Source: Mobula hypostoma (Eukaryota). From it: 64,000 nt of DNA. The notes under the pieces were generated by a model. The model had not been told where the DNA came from. It did not search any database and saw nothing but the letters and a program-made list of their open reading frames with translations. Where the stretch lies: the NCBI RefSeq assembly GCF_963921235.1, contig NC_086097.1, positions 130,884,001 through 130,948,000 on the forward strand, read 5' to 3'. How positions within the stretch are numbered: position 1 is the first letter of the stretch; every line of letters begins with the position of its first letter. Shown here one piece after another: positions 15,101-27,500 of this stretch. The position numbers and the translations under genes were made by a program.

Positions 15101-15930
15101 TAGTTGAAAAGAAGAAATCAATCTGCTCCTTTATAAATTTGACAAAGTCCTGATCTTGAAGCAAAATAGGGTTAAATCACCATTGTCTGCCAGTACAAGA
15201 GGTGTCCATTAACTTGATGGAAAGTTTCATTGGAGCATGATCTGAAATAACAATACTGTCATAATTACAATCAACTACATATGGAATCAAATGAGAGTCA
15301 ATCAAGAAATAATCAATTCGGGAAAAAGAACGATGAACATGTGAAAAAAAGGAGAATTCCTTATCATTTAGATGTAGAAATCTCCAAATTTCTGAAATCC
15401 CAGAATCCAACATAAAAGAGTTAATAATAGTAGCCGACTTATTCGGTAAAGCCGGACTAGCTATGGATCTGTCCAACATGGGATTCAAACATAAATTAAA
15501 ATCACCGCCCATTATCAACATATACTCGTTTAAGTTACGAAAGGAAGTGAATAAGTGTTTAAAAAATTCAGGATAATCCACATTCGGAGCGTAAACAATA
15601 ACCATAGCAACCTTTTTTATTAAAAAGTACCCCAGTGATTAACAGAAATCTGCCATTAGGATCTGAAATAATGTCTTGATGAATAAATGTAATTATTGAA
15701 GGATCAATAAAAATTGAAACGTCTTTAATTTTGGTTTGAGCATTTGAGTGGTATTGTTGATCTTTCCAAAACTTAAAGAAGCGTTGATTGTCCTCTTTCC
15801 TTACATGAGTCTCTTGTGCAAAAATAATATGAGCATTCAGTCTTTGGAACACTTTGAAAACCTTTTTTCGTTTTATTGGATGGTTTAAACCATTTGTATT
15901 CCAAGAGACAAAATTAATAGTATGAGCCAT
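12158..15930 (-). pseudogene. L1 ORF2 (APE, RT, C-terminal Cys-rich domain), disrupted
   Basis: MAHTINFVSWNTNGLN, GGDFN, SRIDYF, SDHAP, KAPGPDGF, YRPISLL, SLDAEKAF, GTRQGCP, LYADDLLLY and CDRC...HMFWSC are spread over ~8 frames/stops. Confidence 0.93.
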
Positions 15931-16797
15931 AATTGAGAATTAACCCTTTGGTAAGTAAGGGGTTAACCATAATGTGAGCTCATGAAATCGGAAGAGGATT
16001 ACATGATTAAAGAGGAACCGGAAATCTCGACACTGCGGACATCTTTGTAGTTCTGAATCAGCCCAATAGAAAAAAATTAGAAAAGAAAAAGACTATCCCA
16101 TTCCCCCAATCCCAAGAACCCCAAACTAAGCCAAAGAAGGCTGAAGAAAGCTCTAAATAAAACTAATTCTAACCCCATTTCTGCAGGGGCAACTCCAAAA
16201 ATATATGTTAAATAGGTGACCTCCCAGAGACTAATATATGTAAAAAATAACCAGTATAATAATTAGTCTACATAGTAAAAATTACTAAAATATATGAAAT
16301 AAAAAAAACCTAGTCAATACGTATAATTAGTTATAGACGAGTAAATAAAAAATTGCTTCCAAAAGGAAAAAAAGGATTATGGGAAGAAGAAGCATAAGAA
16401 CATGGCGCCCCGAGAAAAAACAAAGGAGGTTATACAAAAAGAAAGACAAGTCGCCATTTTAATTATGCAAAAACCAAAAATAGGAAACATATAACTAAAA
16501 ATGATCGTCGGATCAGATCATTAATGATAACGAAAAAGGAAAAGTTAAAACAAAAGGTTAACTAAAGGAAAATGATGTTATTCATAGGAGATAAGTATTC
16601 TATATAAGTTATAGAATAACAACTATAGTAATAAACAAAGAACAAAAATCTTGGACTTATAAAAAACCTTCATCGCACAGTAGTAAAAGGTTTATTTTAA
16701 AAAAACACCAGAAAGAAAAAAAATTGGTGCTGGAAGCACCCAACACAGATTAAGAGAGGGTGTCTGTATCAAATGGGAAATTATCATCCAAAAAGCT

Positions 16798-17626
16798 TCA
16801 AGCGGCAGTTGTAGAGTGGAAGACACGACGATTTCCATCGGGAAGAGAGATTCTGAGATGTGCAGGATACAATAGTGCCGGTTTGAGATTTTTTTGATAG
16901 CATTCCGACATTAGAGGTTTAAAAGTCAGTCGTTCCTTCATCACTTCAGGACTGTAATCTTGAACTATCCTGAAGGAATGCTGGCGATACTTGATCATCC
17001 CTTGTCGACGAGCAGTCTGGAGAAGTTGTTCTTTAACATTGACATAATGGAAACGAAGAATAACTGGTCTGGGTTTGGAAACAGCCGCTGCCGACTTTAT
17101 CCACGGTATACGATGGGCGCGGTCAAGTAATGGAGGATCGTTGGAAAAAACTGAACCAAACGAATCCTTTAAAAGTTGAGCAAAGAATATTGCAGGGTCT
17201 CCAACCTCAACATCCTCGGGTAAGCCAATTAAACTTTTGTCTTCTCGATCGATTCTCAAGATCAATAACTTTGGATTTAAGTTGTTGGAGTTGTTTAGTA
17301 GTCGAAGCTAGATTCTTCTCTAAGATCTCAACTTTTGTATCCGTCTTCTGAGATTTAGTATCCAGTTCAGAAATTTTTGCACCGTGTTTTTGAACATCAG
17401 GATCTAGGGATTTCAAAGAGTCCGTGATTGATTTTAAATCTTCATTGAGGCTTTGACGATGTTGTTCAAATTGAGCAGTTAAACTTTCAGATAGTTTTAT
17501 CCGATGCTGCTCAAACATTTCCTCCATAACTTCATAAGTTAATTCCGTTTGTTTGGAATCACCTTTCTTCTTTCCTCCGTTCCCATCAGCGTCTTTCCCA
17601 TCTTTAGTTCTAGATCTTGTACTCAT
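16798..17626 (-). pseudogene. L1 ORF1 (coiled coil + RRM + CTD), one frameshift near 17230
   Basis: MSTRSRTK start, heptad region ending LENRSRR, then LIGLPE, LDRAHR, PRPVILRF, QDYS and LLYPA, which are typical L1 ORF1p motifs. Confidence 0.9.
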
Positions 17627-17917
17627 TTCTCTAAGCTCGAGAGTTACAGTTGACAAAAGGAAATCAATTAATCAGTAAATCAAGAAGATAAAGTAAATCT
17701 TCTGGTGTACTTAAAGTTGATTAGATCAAGGAGATCATAGGTTAAAAAAAGGATAACGGGAATGGAGCAAAGCCAAAGTGACGACCTCACTCCATGAGCG
17801 CTCCCTGCAGAATCTCCCGCCTGTCTTTCCTGACATCTTTACTGCTCACTATCTTAGATTTATTTCTGTTTTCTCCTTCCTCCGCTCTGTCATTCCGGTT
17901 CCCATCCCCCTGCCAAA

Positions 17918-18852
17918 TTAGTTTAAACCCTCCCTAACAGCTCTATTAAACTTTCCTGCCAGGATATTGGTCCCCTTCGGGTTCAGGTGTAACCTGTCCT
18001 TTTTGAACAGGTCATACTTCCCCCAGAAGAGATCCCAATTATCCAAGAATCTGAAGCCCTGCCCCCTGCACCAGTCTCTCAGCCACGCATTCATCTGCCT
18101 GATCCTACTATTCTTGCCCTCGCTAGCACGTGGCACAGGTAGCAATCCTGAGATCACTACCCTGGAGGTCCTGCTTCTCAGCTTCCTTCCTAACTCCTGG
18201 AAATCTCTCTTCAGGACCTCCTCCTTTGTCCTACCTATGTCATTGGTTCCAACATGTACCAAGACAACTGGCTGCTCACCCTCCCCCTTCAGAATATTCA
18301 GGACCCGATCCAAGACATCCCGTTCCCTGGCACCTGGGAGGCAATAACCATGCGGGTATCTCTATCAGGCTCACAGAATCTCCTGTCCGTTCCCCTGACT
18401 ATGGAATCCCCTACGTCTACCGCATTTCCCTTCTCCCTCCTTCTCTCCTGCACAACAGCGCCAGGCTCAGTGCCAGAGACCCAGTCACCGTGGGCATCCC
18501 CTGTCAGGTCATCCCCCTCAACAGCATCCAGAACAAGATATTTGTTGCTGAGGGAGACAGCCACAGGTGTGCTCTCCATTATCCAGGCATTTCCCTTCCC
18601 TCTCTTGACAGTGATCCAGTTTTCTGGCCCCTGTAGCCTACGGATGACTACCTCCCTGAAGCTCCTGAAAATCACTTCTTCACTTTCCCTGATAAGCAGT
18701 AGGTCATCAAGCTGCAGCTCCAGATCCCTAACACGGTCTCTGAGGAGCTGTATCTCGGTGCAGCTGGTGCAGATGTGGCCATCAGGGAGACTGGAGGTCT
18801 CCCAGGATTCCCACATCTGACACCCTGAACAAAGCACTAACCCTGCAGGCAT
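17918..18852 (-). pseudogene. CR1 ORF1 with N-terminal Cys/His motif, leucine zipper and SGNH/GDSL esterase domain (frameshifted near 18310-18350)
   Basis: CSGC...HICTSC, LRDRVRDLELQL, VGDSIVRG (block I), VHVGTND (block III), DRLHLN (DxxH). Confidence 0.88.
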
Positions 18853-19107
18853 GCTATCTAATTCTACAGGAATGAAACAGGAAAAATAAGTCTACTCACC
18901 CACTTACCTCGCCAAACAGACGAACGTTTTAAACCGTTAGTTTGTACCGTTAGCTGTGAGAGCCCTGCTGTTCCTGTCCATCCGGGCCGATTCGCGGGGG
19001 GGGGGGAGAACAGAGTTGGTGCTTCGCTCCTGCCTCATCCTGTTTACCGCCAAAGCCCTACACTCCGCTCCCACTCACTCCGCTGCCCGCTGTATAGGGT
19101 GGTCTCC

Positions 19108-19149
19108 TTTTTAAATTCTCCACGCTGTCCTGTTGACGTCACGCACCTG
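19108..19149 (-). promoter_or_regulatory. Putative internal promoter of the CR1 5' UTR: E-box, CRE and TATA-like box
   Basis: Perfect TGACGTCA at 19134-19141, CACCTG/CAGGTG at 19144-19149, and TTTAAAAA on the minus strand ~20 bp downstream. Function is inferred. Confidence 0.45.
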
Positions 19150-19217
19150 TGCAGTCTCGTCCTTCTTGCACTTGAAGAAGTTTTTTTTAAAAAACTGCCT
19201 TCCTTCAGAATTCAGGA

Positions 19218-19370
19218 GTTTAAGGGGCTTTTAGACAGACACATGAACATAATGGAAGGACAGGGATGACAAACTGGAAGATGACATTTAGTATAAATGG
19301 ACATTCAGATCAGCACCACATCATGGGCTGAATGTCTTGTCGTATGCTGCAGTACTCTATGCTCTGTGGA
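19218..19370 (+). mobile_element. Right half of an older CR1 3' fragment; its left half is at ~8735-8806
   Basis: Joining ...atggaagcagacaatctgatgttta + aggggcttttagacagacacatgaac... restores a continuous CR1 3'-end-like sequence. Confidence 0.6.
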
Positions 19371-19934
19371 TGTTGGGGGTGGGGACAGGGATATTCTTGG
19401 AGCTCCATCTTCTTCCATCGTCATGTCTCCTCATTAATATCATGGGAACAGCTTCACTTCAAGATTGCAACAGTTGAAAGTTGCAGATCACCATTTCAAA
19501 GGTAATACACAGTAAAAATCACTTCATTCTGTATTCCTCCACAGGAAATCGTATGTCTAATCTGAACATTTTGACATTTCAATGAGATCATATGACCACT
19601 GGACATAGGAGCAGAATTAGCTAATCAACCTATCTGGTCTGCTCTGCCATTCCATCGTTGCTGATTTAAAATCCCTCTCAACTCAATTATCCTGCTTTCT
19701 CCCCATAATCTTTGACACCCTTATTACTTTCCAGAGTAGGGGAAGTCTAAAACTAGAGAACAAAGATACAGGATGAGAGGGGAAAAATGTAAAAGGGACC
19801 CATGTGGAAACATTTTCCTCACGGAGTAGTGTTTAGAATGAGCTGCCAGAAGATGATTGTAGCAGTGAACACAGTCGCAAGGTTTACAAGACATTTAGAC
19901 AGATACATGGATAGAAAAGATTTAGAGGGATATC

Positions 19935-20370
19935 AGAATTAGAATCAGGTTTAATATCATCAGCTTATGTCATAAAATTTGTTAACTTAGTGACAGCAGT
20001 CCAACGCAAAACATAACAATATCTAAAAAATAAATCAATTACTATAAGTATATCTATGTATATTAAATAGTTAAATTAAAAATCGTGCAAAAACAGAAAT
20101 AACTCAAAAAAGTGAGGTAGTGTTCACGAGTTCAATGTCCATTTAGGAATCGTATGGCAGAGAAGTAGCTGTTCCTGAATCGTTGAGTGTATGCTTCCAT
20201 CCTGACAGTAACAATGAGAAGAGGGCATGCCCTGGGTGATGGGCATGTCCTTAATAATAGACACTGCCTTTCTGAGGCACTGCTCCTCGAAGATGTCTTG
20301 GATACTACAAAGGCTAGTACCCATGATGGAGCTGACTAAGTTTACAACTTTTTGTAGCTTCTTTTGATTC
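19935..20370 (-). mobile_element. Rex1/Babar-like LINE 3' fragment
   Basis: GTSLCSIQDIFEEQCLRKAVSIIKD C-terminal motif (ORF 20124-20324), followed by a 3' tail ending attaaacctgattctaattctg on the minus strand. Confidence 0.6.
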
Positions 20371-20891
20371 TTCAGATATGAGCCAAATGGGACTAGCTTT
20401 CATTAGACTTGGTTGTCTTGGATGAGTGGGCCTGTTTCTGTGATCTATAAATCTATATACTGCCATATTTCCTTTTCAAAATGAAATCTGTTAATCTGAA
20501 AAGTTTCAACTCTTGTTTATCAAAATATATTTTTTGGGAACGTAACAACTGTATACTTCAGAAAGTGATCAGGCCTGTCAATAAAATTGAGAACTATGTG
20601 CTGTTATTAACATTATTTTGATGCCCTATTTTCTTCCCAAAGCAAAAACCTGCAGTTGACATCCCCCCCACAAGTAACTAGTCTATGAAAGCAAGTTATT
20701 AGCTACAAAAATGCATGTTAATTTCTGTGACAGTCAAAGCTTGTGAGGACAGTAATTTCTTGATGCTGCATTGGATAATGGCATACACTTATCTATCACA
20801 AATACATTTTGAGGAATATCCCGGCTCTGGTGCTCAGTCAGTTAAGACATGGTTGATCGCAGTCATGACAATGGAAGTGAGATAACTGGTC

Positions 20892-21209
20892 TTTCATGGA
20901 TTTAAGCCACATACATCAAAGTTGCTGGTGACAGGCCAGGCAGCATCTCTAAGAAGAAGTACAGTCGACGTTTTGGGCCGAGACCCTTCGTCAGGACTAA
21001 CTGAAGGAAGAGCTAATAAGAGATTTGAAAGTGGGAGGAGGAGGGGGAGATCAGTTAGTCCTGACGAAGGGTCTTGGCCCAAAACGTCAACTGTACCTCT
21101 TCCTGGAGATGCTGTCTGGCCTGCTGCGTTCACCAGCAACTTTGATGTGTGTGGCTTGAATTTCCAGCATCTGCAGAATTCCTCGCCTTTGTGTTTCATG
21201 GAGTTAAGC
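20892..21209 (+). mobile_element. PLE-terminal fold-back insertion with 16-bp near-perfect TSD
   Basis: TSD tttcatggatttaagc (20892-20907) / tttcatggagttaagc (21194-21209). An inverted copy and then a direct copy of the same terminus, each with ctgacgaagggtct..gcccaaaacgtc. Confidence 0.85.
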
Positions 21210-21409
21210 TAGTTTCTCTAGAACTTGAGAGTCCACAAATTACGAGGGTGTGATGAAGAACTTGTTTTGCATTTCTTATCAGAATCAGATTTAATGTCAC
21301 TGACATACAGTATGTTGTGAAATTTTATGGCAGTACAGAGCGATACTTAAAAACTATAAATTACAATAATATATAAAAAATAAAGTAGTTCAAAAAGAAC
21401 TATTATTTT

Positions 21410-23110
21410 CCAAGGGTCCGATGTCCACTCTCACCTCTGTTACTCTTTATATATCTGAAAACCTTTGGTATCCTCTTATATTATTGCCTAGCTTATGTTC
21501 ATATCTCAATTTTTCTCTTTGCTATTTTAGCTCCTTTGCTCAGGTTTCTCACTAATTTTTGCCGTATTTTATGCTGTCTGACTTCCCTTGTCAGCTGCAG
21601 ATGTCTCATTTTCCCTTTAGAATGCTTGTCTTTTGTGGTGAACTGATCCTGCAAATTCGAATTTATTGCAGAAACCCCAGCCATTGCTGTTCCTCTGTCA
21701 TCCCTGCTGATGTCAGCTTCCAACTTTGGCCAACTCCTTTTTCATGCCTCTAAGTTACTTTTGGATAGATAGATAGATACTCAACTGTGATACCAATAGA
21801 TGTGTTTGTTGCTTCTTCCTCTTAAATTGCAGGGTGAATTCTATCATATTACGATCATTATCTCCTCAAGATTCTTTTACCTTAATCTCTAAAATCAAAT
21901 CTGGTTCAATACACAATACTAAATCCAGAATTGCCTTTTCCCTAAAGGGCTTGGCCACAAGCTACTCTTAAAAGAATCTTAGGGCAGTCTACAATTCCCC
22001 TTTCTTAAGATCCAGCACCAACCTAATTTTCCGCAATCTACCTGCATCCTGAAATCCTCCACTGACCATTGCAACATTCCCATTTAACTGCCAACTCTAT
22101 CTCCTATTGTAAGTTGTACCCTAGATCCTGGCTACTATTCTGAGACCTGCATATAACTCGCATTAAGGTCATTTTACCTTTGCCTTTTCTTAACTCAACC
22201 CACAAGGATTCTACATCTTCTCAGCCCATGTCACTTCTTTCTAAGAACTTAGTTTCATTTTTCTTTTAAACCACCAAAGCTACCCCACCTCCCTTCCCAC
22301 CTGCTTGTCTTTTTGATGGGATGTGTATCCTTGGACGCTTAGCTTTCAGCTGTGTTCTTCTTTCAACTACAACTCTGATGCCCGTATCTTACCTGCAAAT
22401 TTCTAGCTGCGCTATAAGTTCATCTACCTTATTTTGTAAACTGCATGCATTCAAATACAAATTCATTCCTACACTCACCACCCTTATCAAATTTGTTTCC
22501 ATGTTCCCTAAAGTTAAATTCTTAACCCTTTCTAAACTTTTGCCTTATTATTCTAGAGACTTCAGTAACTTCTCCTGCACTCCTCTTGCATTTTAAATTA
22601 TCCATATTTTTCTAAGCTACTGAACCCACTTTCTATTATTTAATTAGAAGTCCTATCCACAGCCCTAGTTATGCAATTTGCAGGATCCTGGTCCCAGCAT
22701 GGTTAAAGTAGAGGCCATTCATTGGAACAGCTCCCTTCTTCCCCAATACTAGTACTATGTCCCACAAATTCAAACCCACTTCTCCCAAGCTGATCTTTAA
22801 GCCATGCTTTTAACTTTCTGATCTTATTAACTTTGCATACAGTTTAGGTAACAATGCAGAGATTATTTTTTGGTGCTGTATTTTAATCAATCCTCTTGCT
22901 GATCAAGGTCTTTCAGTAGAATCTCTTTCTTTGTTCTTATGTCATCGGCACCTACATGGATCACGACATCTGGATCTTTCCACTTCCAGTCCAAATTCAA
23001 CTGCAGGTCAGATGGATGTTCCAAGCCCTGTCACCAGGCAAGCAACACAGTCTTCAGGACTCTCATTCCTTACAACAGAGTTGTGTCTATTCCCCTGACT
23101 ACACCCCCAT
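21410..23110 (-). mobile_element. Degenerate CR1 fragment (ORF1 esterase end to ORF2 endonuclease)
   Basis: Collinear similarity with the 10550-11700 and 17900-18400 segments of the younger CR1. Boundaries approximate. Confidence 0.65.
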
Positions 23111-24299
23111 CCTTGAATTCAAACCATTTTGATTCATTTCAGCCATTCAACAAGGAAATGAAGGATGACTGAAGGCCAGAGACAGTGCAGTCATAGCAGC
23201 TGGAGCAGAAAATGGCGGAAAAAGCTGTCACGTATGCTAACTCAAAAAGATAAGATTTTCAAAGATATGTTGTTCAGCTACCTCGCTTCTAGAGAGCAAA
23301 GGAGATTTCATGACTCTTTAAAATTTCATTCACGTAATAGTTTATTTACCTCAACTTCACCTTCCTGTTCAATGCCTATATCGTCTAATATTCAAAAAAC
23401 ATGATTTGTCGATTTCTCGCTGAGGGACTAATATTATTGTTCATGAAGCCAGACACCTATTCTTCCAAAATTTGTTTTCAAAATCCCATTATAAACCAGA
23501 TGCCTTTCCCCCCCCGATAACTTTAAATCATCATGTACCAGGATTCATTGAAAATTCATTCTGGTATTGCTTTTGCAATTCAGAATAGGGTTCATTGTGA
23601 GTGAATTCTGTTATAAAATAAAATTGGTTCAACATTATTAAAGAGTGAATGGATGTTGAGAAAATTGTAGCTAGTCAATACAATAATCTAATGATGTGAA
23701 GAATATTGCATGGGTCCAGAGCTCTTAGATGATCCATCACTAAGACTTACTTTTCTATCTCTATTAAAAAAACAGCCCGGCTGTCAATACCTTCACCCAC
23801 TTGCTACTGAATTCTGCATCCAAGCCTGTGACTCTCTGCTAGAGTTTAGTTTTACAATGTTCTCCTGCCTGGGATTCATGTTCTGATCTTCAGCTAATTC
23901 AAAACTTTGTTGCCCAGATCGTACCTTGCACCAGAACTCTGCAATGGAGATGCAATGATTTAGTGCCAACTAAAATGAGTAGTGTTTTTTTTAAATGTGC
24001 TCACGGCTCACCACTCCCTACCTGCATAGAGGGTTGCAATTGATTTATAGTAGCTGGAGCTCAAATTTCCAAACAAATTTGGGGTTTTTCCAATCCCTAG
24101 CAAATACAGAAAGTAGGATTTCAACAACCAACTTAAAATTAAGTCGAAATCTACCAAGGCTTTGAGGACTGCTGAAAAAGAAATCAAATAAATTCAATAT
24201 ATCTACAAATGTCCAAGTTAACAAAAGAACAACGGCTCTTCATTTTAAGTACTGGATGTTATTAACTACCAGGAAATCATATTCCAGTAGCTCTGCCCA

Positions 24300-24590
24300 C
24301 CTTCACTCTTCCCTTTCCCAACTTGGTTCCAACTGTTTCTCCTTGCTTACTTGTAACCTATCACATACCTGCTCATCTCCCTGATTCCATCTGCCTGTCA
24401 TCCTCATAGTCCCCGGGTCCACCTATCACTTTCCAGCCTGTAGCATCCAATCTTTCATCTTTATAATACCTATCTTTCCTCTCCACTTGCAGCCCTGATG
24501 CAGGGTCATGACCTGAACTATTGATAACTCCTCTCCCCTCACAGACTTGACCAGCTGAGTTCCTACAGCACTTTTTTTGTACTGGAATTA
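24300..24590 (+). mobile_element. Old PLE 3' terminal fragment
   Basis: Pyrimidine-rich tract, then ccctgatgcagggtcatgacctgaactattga and gctgagttcctacagcac, degenerate versions of the PLE terminus. Confidence 0.5.
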
Positions 24591-27500
24591 TATCCCACAT
24601 TCTCAATTAAGGGCAGCTAAGGGAGTAGAATCAGGGGCACTACTGGAGTGAAGTCCAAGTAAATAATGCACCCAAAAATTATCACTAGTCTCTCTGAATA
24701 ATGAGTTGTGTCCACTTTCTATTTAGAGGTCAGATGCATAATATTTAGTCAACCTGCTCAAATTTAGGTTAAAGAAAAAACCTTGAACTACAAAGACAGC
24801 AAGTTTTAATTGAGCTATACTCTTCAATTGGTGAGTAATGTGGTGTGAAAATAATTTGACCAAAATTATATTTAACAAGTTATGCTAAAACCACATTTAG
24901 TTGCTTTGCTGCAACTCAAATATTTGTGCTACAATACAAACAGAAAACACTGGAAAAACTCAGCATCTATGGAAAAAGACAGTTCAAATTAAAGACCTTT
25001 CAAAAAAAATTTGTATTCACATTACCAGCATCTATAGTTATTTTCAATCACATTGTCCTACAAAATTTACAGATATATTGGAAGAACTTCCCCTCCAGCA
25101 AACACCAATTTTCTGTTCCAGGAAGGTGGCTCACTTTTGCAATTTTGCCTTTGAAGCTGTTGTTTTTGTCAATAATCTAGTAACCTCATGCTCATTTACT
25201 GGTCTTGCATTTTCCACTAATGACCTTTAATCATGCAACATGAAGTGCAGAGTATGCACAAACCAATTCAGAAGAAAAGATACATGACTTCCTCATTTAA
25301 CTATTGCAGTTTGCTCTATTATCCAAGTACTATATCAGATTGAAAAGCACCCTACTTATGCAGCATTATGTTTATTCTAAGATCTCACGGAATAAAAAAT
25401 TAGGTATTACAAGTATTTATTTTTCTTAAATTCAAATATGCATCAGAATACACCCCATTCAAAAGTGGCAAAATTGCATAAATTTCAATATTATGAATGT
25501 AATTGACCTAGAGCAAAACATGGTGTTCATCATTTTTAGATCACTTTAGTCACTGTGGCACTTCCAGAAGTGATTCATCCTTTAGTATCTGATGCAAGTT
25601 CCACAAGCCAATGCAGTTTCCCAATGCAACACTCCTTTTGGGATGGGTTGGGTAACTTAAACCAACTTGTCCTAGAAGCAACCATTACTCAGGAGATGAT
25701 TATGTTTTAACACTGAAATACTGGATTGAGATAAACAAGGCAATCATTACTTCCTTTTGGTCTTTCTGTCCCTCCACATGATCGCAAGGGCTCAGCCCCA
25801 ACCCTCTGAAACCCTGCTAGACTGAAGACATACACCATGCTACCTTAAAGCCCTGTACTAATGCCAGGCTCTCTTGCCCCTCCCTTCAGATCCTGAATTG
25901 CCCCAGGCCCCTGACCAAGTGACCCTCGATGGAATCAATCACCAGGAACTCATCCCTTGATTGTTACACAATATCTCACACCTGGTACACATAACATATC
26001 ATTTAGCCACCCAATTAAGGGCCATCATTGATCAAGCAACACAAGCCTCATCTTCCACCACTGCTAAACCTCAGTGAGAGGGAGTACACTGCCAACTGCT
26101 CTTTCAGTCACATCCAAAGACTTCAGTGCCTGAAACACACCATCCAGAAGAATCCCACATGATCACAGGGAGAACATACACATTTCTTACAGTCAGCAGT
26201 GGAACTGAACTCAAGAACCTGGCATTGTTATAGTATGTATAACATAGTAAGAATAGCTCCAGAGGCAATGTTTCGTACTGTGTGTGGGATGTGGGGGAGA
26301 CTGGGAGACGTCCAGTCTCCCAGATGAACACATCTGCACCAGGTGCACCAAGTTGCAGCTCCTGAGAGAACGTATTAAGGAACTGGATTCATACAGGAGA
26401 ATGAGGTGGTGAGAGACTGGAGCTACAGGGAAGTAGTTACCCTGAGGTTTCAGGAGACAGGTAACTGAGTGACTGTCAGCAGAAAGAGGGGAAATGCACA
26501 TCCAGTGCAGAGTACACCTGTGGCTGTTCCCCTCAATAAGTATATGACTTTAGATACTATTTGCTGGGGGGACCTATCAGGGGGAGCCACAGTGACCGGG
26601 TTTCTGGCACTGAGTTTGGTCCTGTGGCTCAGAAGAGCAGAGAGGTGAAGGGGACTACAGTGTTGATAGGAGATTCCTTCATCATAGAAACAGAGACGAG
26701 GTTCTGTGGGCAAAGATAGAGACACCCAGATCGTATTTTGCTTCCCTGGTGCCAGGATCAGGTATGTCTCTGATCGTGTGCATAGCATTCTCAAGGGTGA
26801 AGGTGAGAGCCAGAAGTCTTGGTGCATATTGGCAGAATGACATAGGTAGGCATGGTGAGGAGGTCCTAATCTGCAATTTTAGGGAGCTAGGTTAAAAAGC
26901 TGAGAAACAGGACCTCTGGAAGTAATCTCAGGATTGCTGCCCAAACCACGTGCCAGTGAGGGTAACAGTAGATGAGTTGGCAGGTGAATGCATGGCTGAG
27001 GAACTGGTGCAGGGGGCAGGGGTTCAGATTTGTGTATCATTGGGGTCCCTTCTGGGAAATGTATGACCTCTACCAAAGAGACGGGTTACACCTGAACTTA
27101 AAGGACTCCAAAATCCTTGTGGGCAGGTTGTTCAGTGGGTTTAAACTAATTTTTCAGGGGGTGGGTACCAGAGTGATAATGCTGCAAATGAGGTTATTGG
27201 TTTACAAACAGAGGCAATGTACGGTGAGGCTCCTGGCAAGACAAGCTGATAATAGGGCAAAATTGCAAACAACAGGATGATCTGCACTGTAAAAGGCAGA
27301 CAAAACCAAAAAAGGTAATTACAGGACTAAAGGTATTACACTTGTATGTGCGTAGTATACAGAATAAGGTCAATGAACTTGTAGTATAGTTACAAATGGG
27401 CAAGTATGATGTTGTAGGCATCAATGAATATGGCTGAAAGAAGATTATACCTGGGAATTTAATGTCCAAGGGTACACATTGTCTCAAAAGGATAGGTAGG

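Larger units (their letters stand above)
11782..17818 (-). mobile_element. Full-length L1-clade LINE (~6.04 kb) with 11-bp TSD
   Basis: TSD gcctgtctttc at 11771-11781 and 17819-17829. The 5' end starts GGGAGATTCTGC. The 3' end is AATAAA-aagattg-AAAAA. ORF1 and ORF2 are both present. Confidence 0.95.
8807..19217 (-). mobile_element. Near full-length, relatively young CR1-clade LINE, split by an L1 insertion
   Basis: 3' tail tcttatggtcttatggtc on the minus strand at ~8807-8825. ORF2 has APE and RT motifs, ORF1 has zinc-knuckle/zipper/SGNH esterase motifs, and there is a GC-rich 5' UTR. Possible short duplication gttta at 8802-8806 and 19218-19222. Confidence 0.92.

Noticed and set aside
17967..18820. 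Plus-strand ORFs of 126-188 aa
   Set aside because: Antisense shadows of CR1 ORF1.
18864..18907. 44-nt GT-AG micro-intron in the CR1 5' UTR
   Set aside because: Below the usual minimum size for vertebrate spliceosomal introns. The signals are kept only as separate candidate sites.
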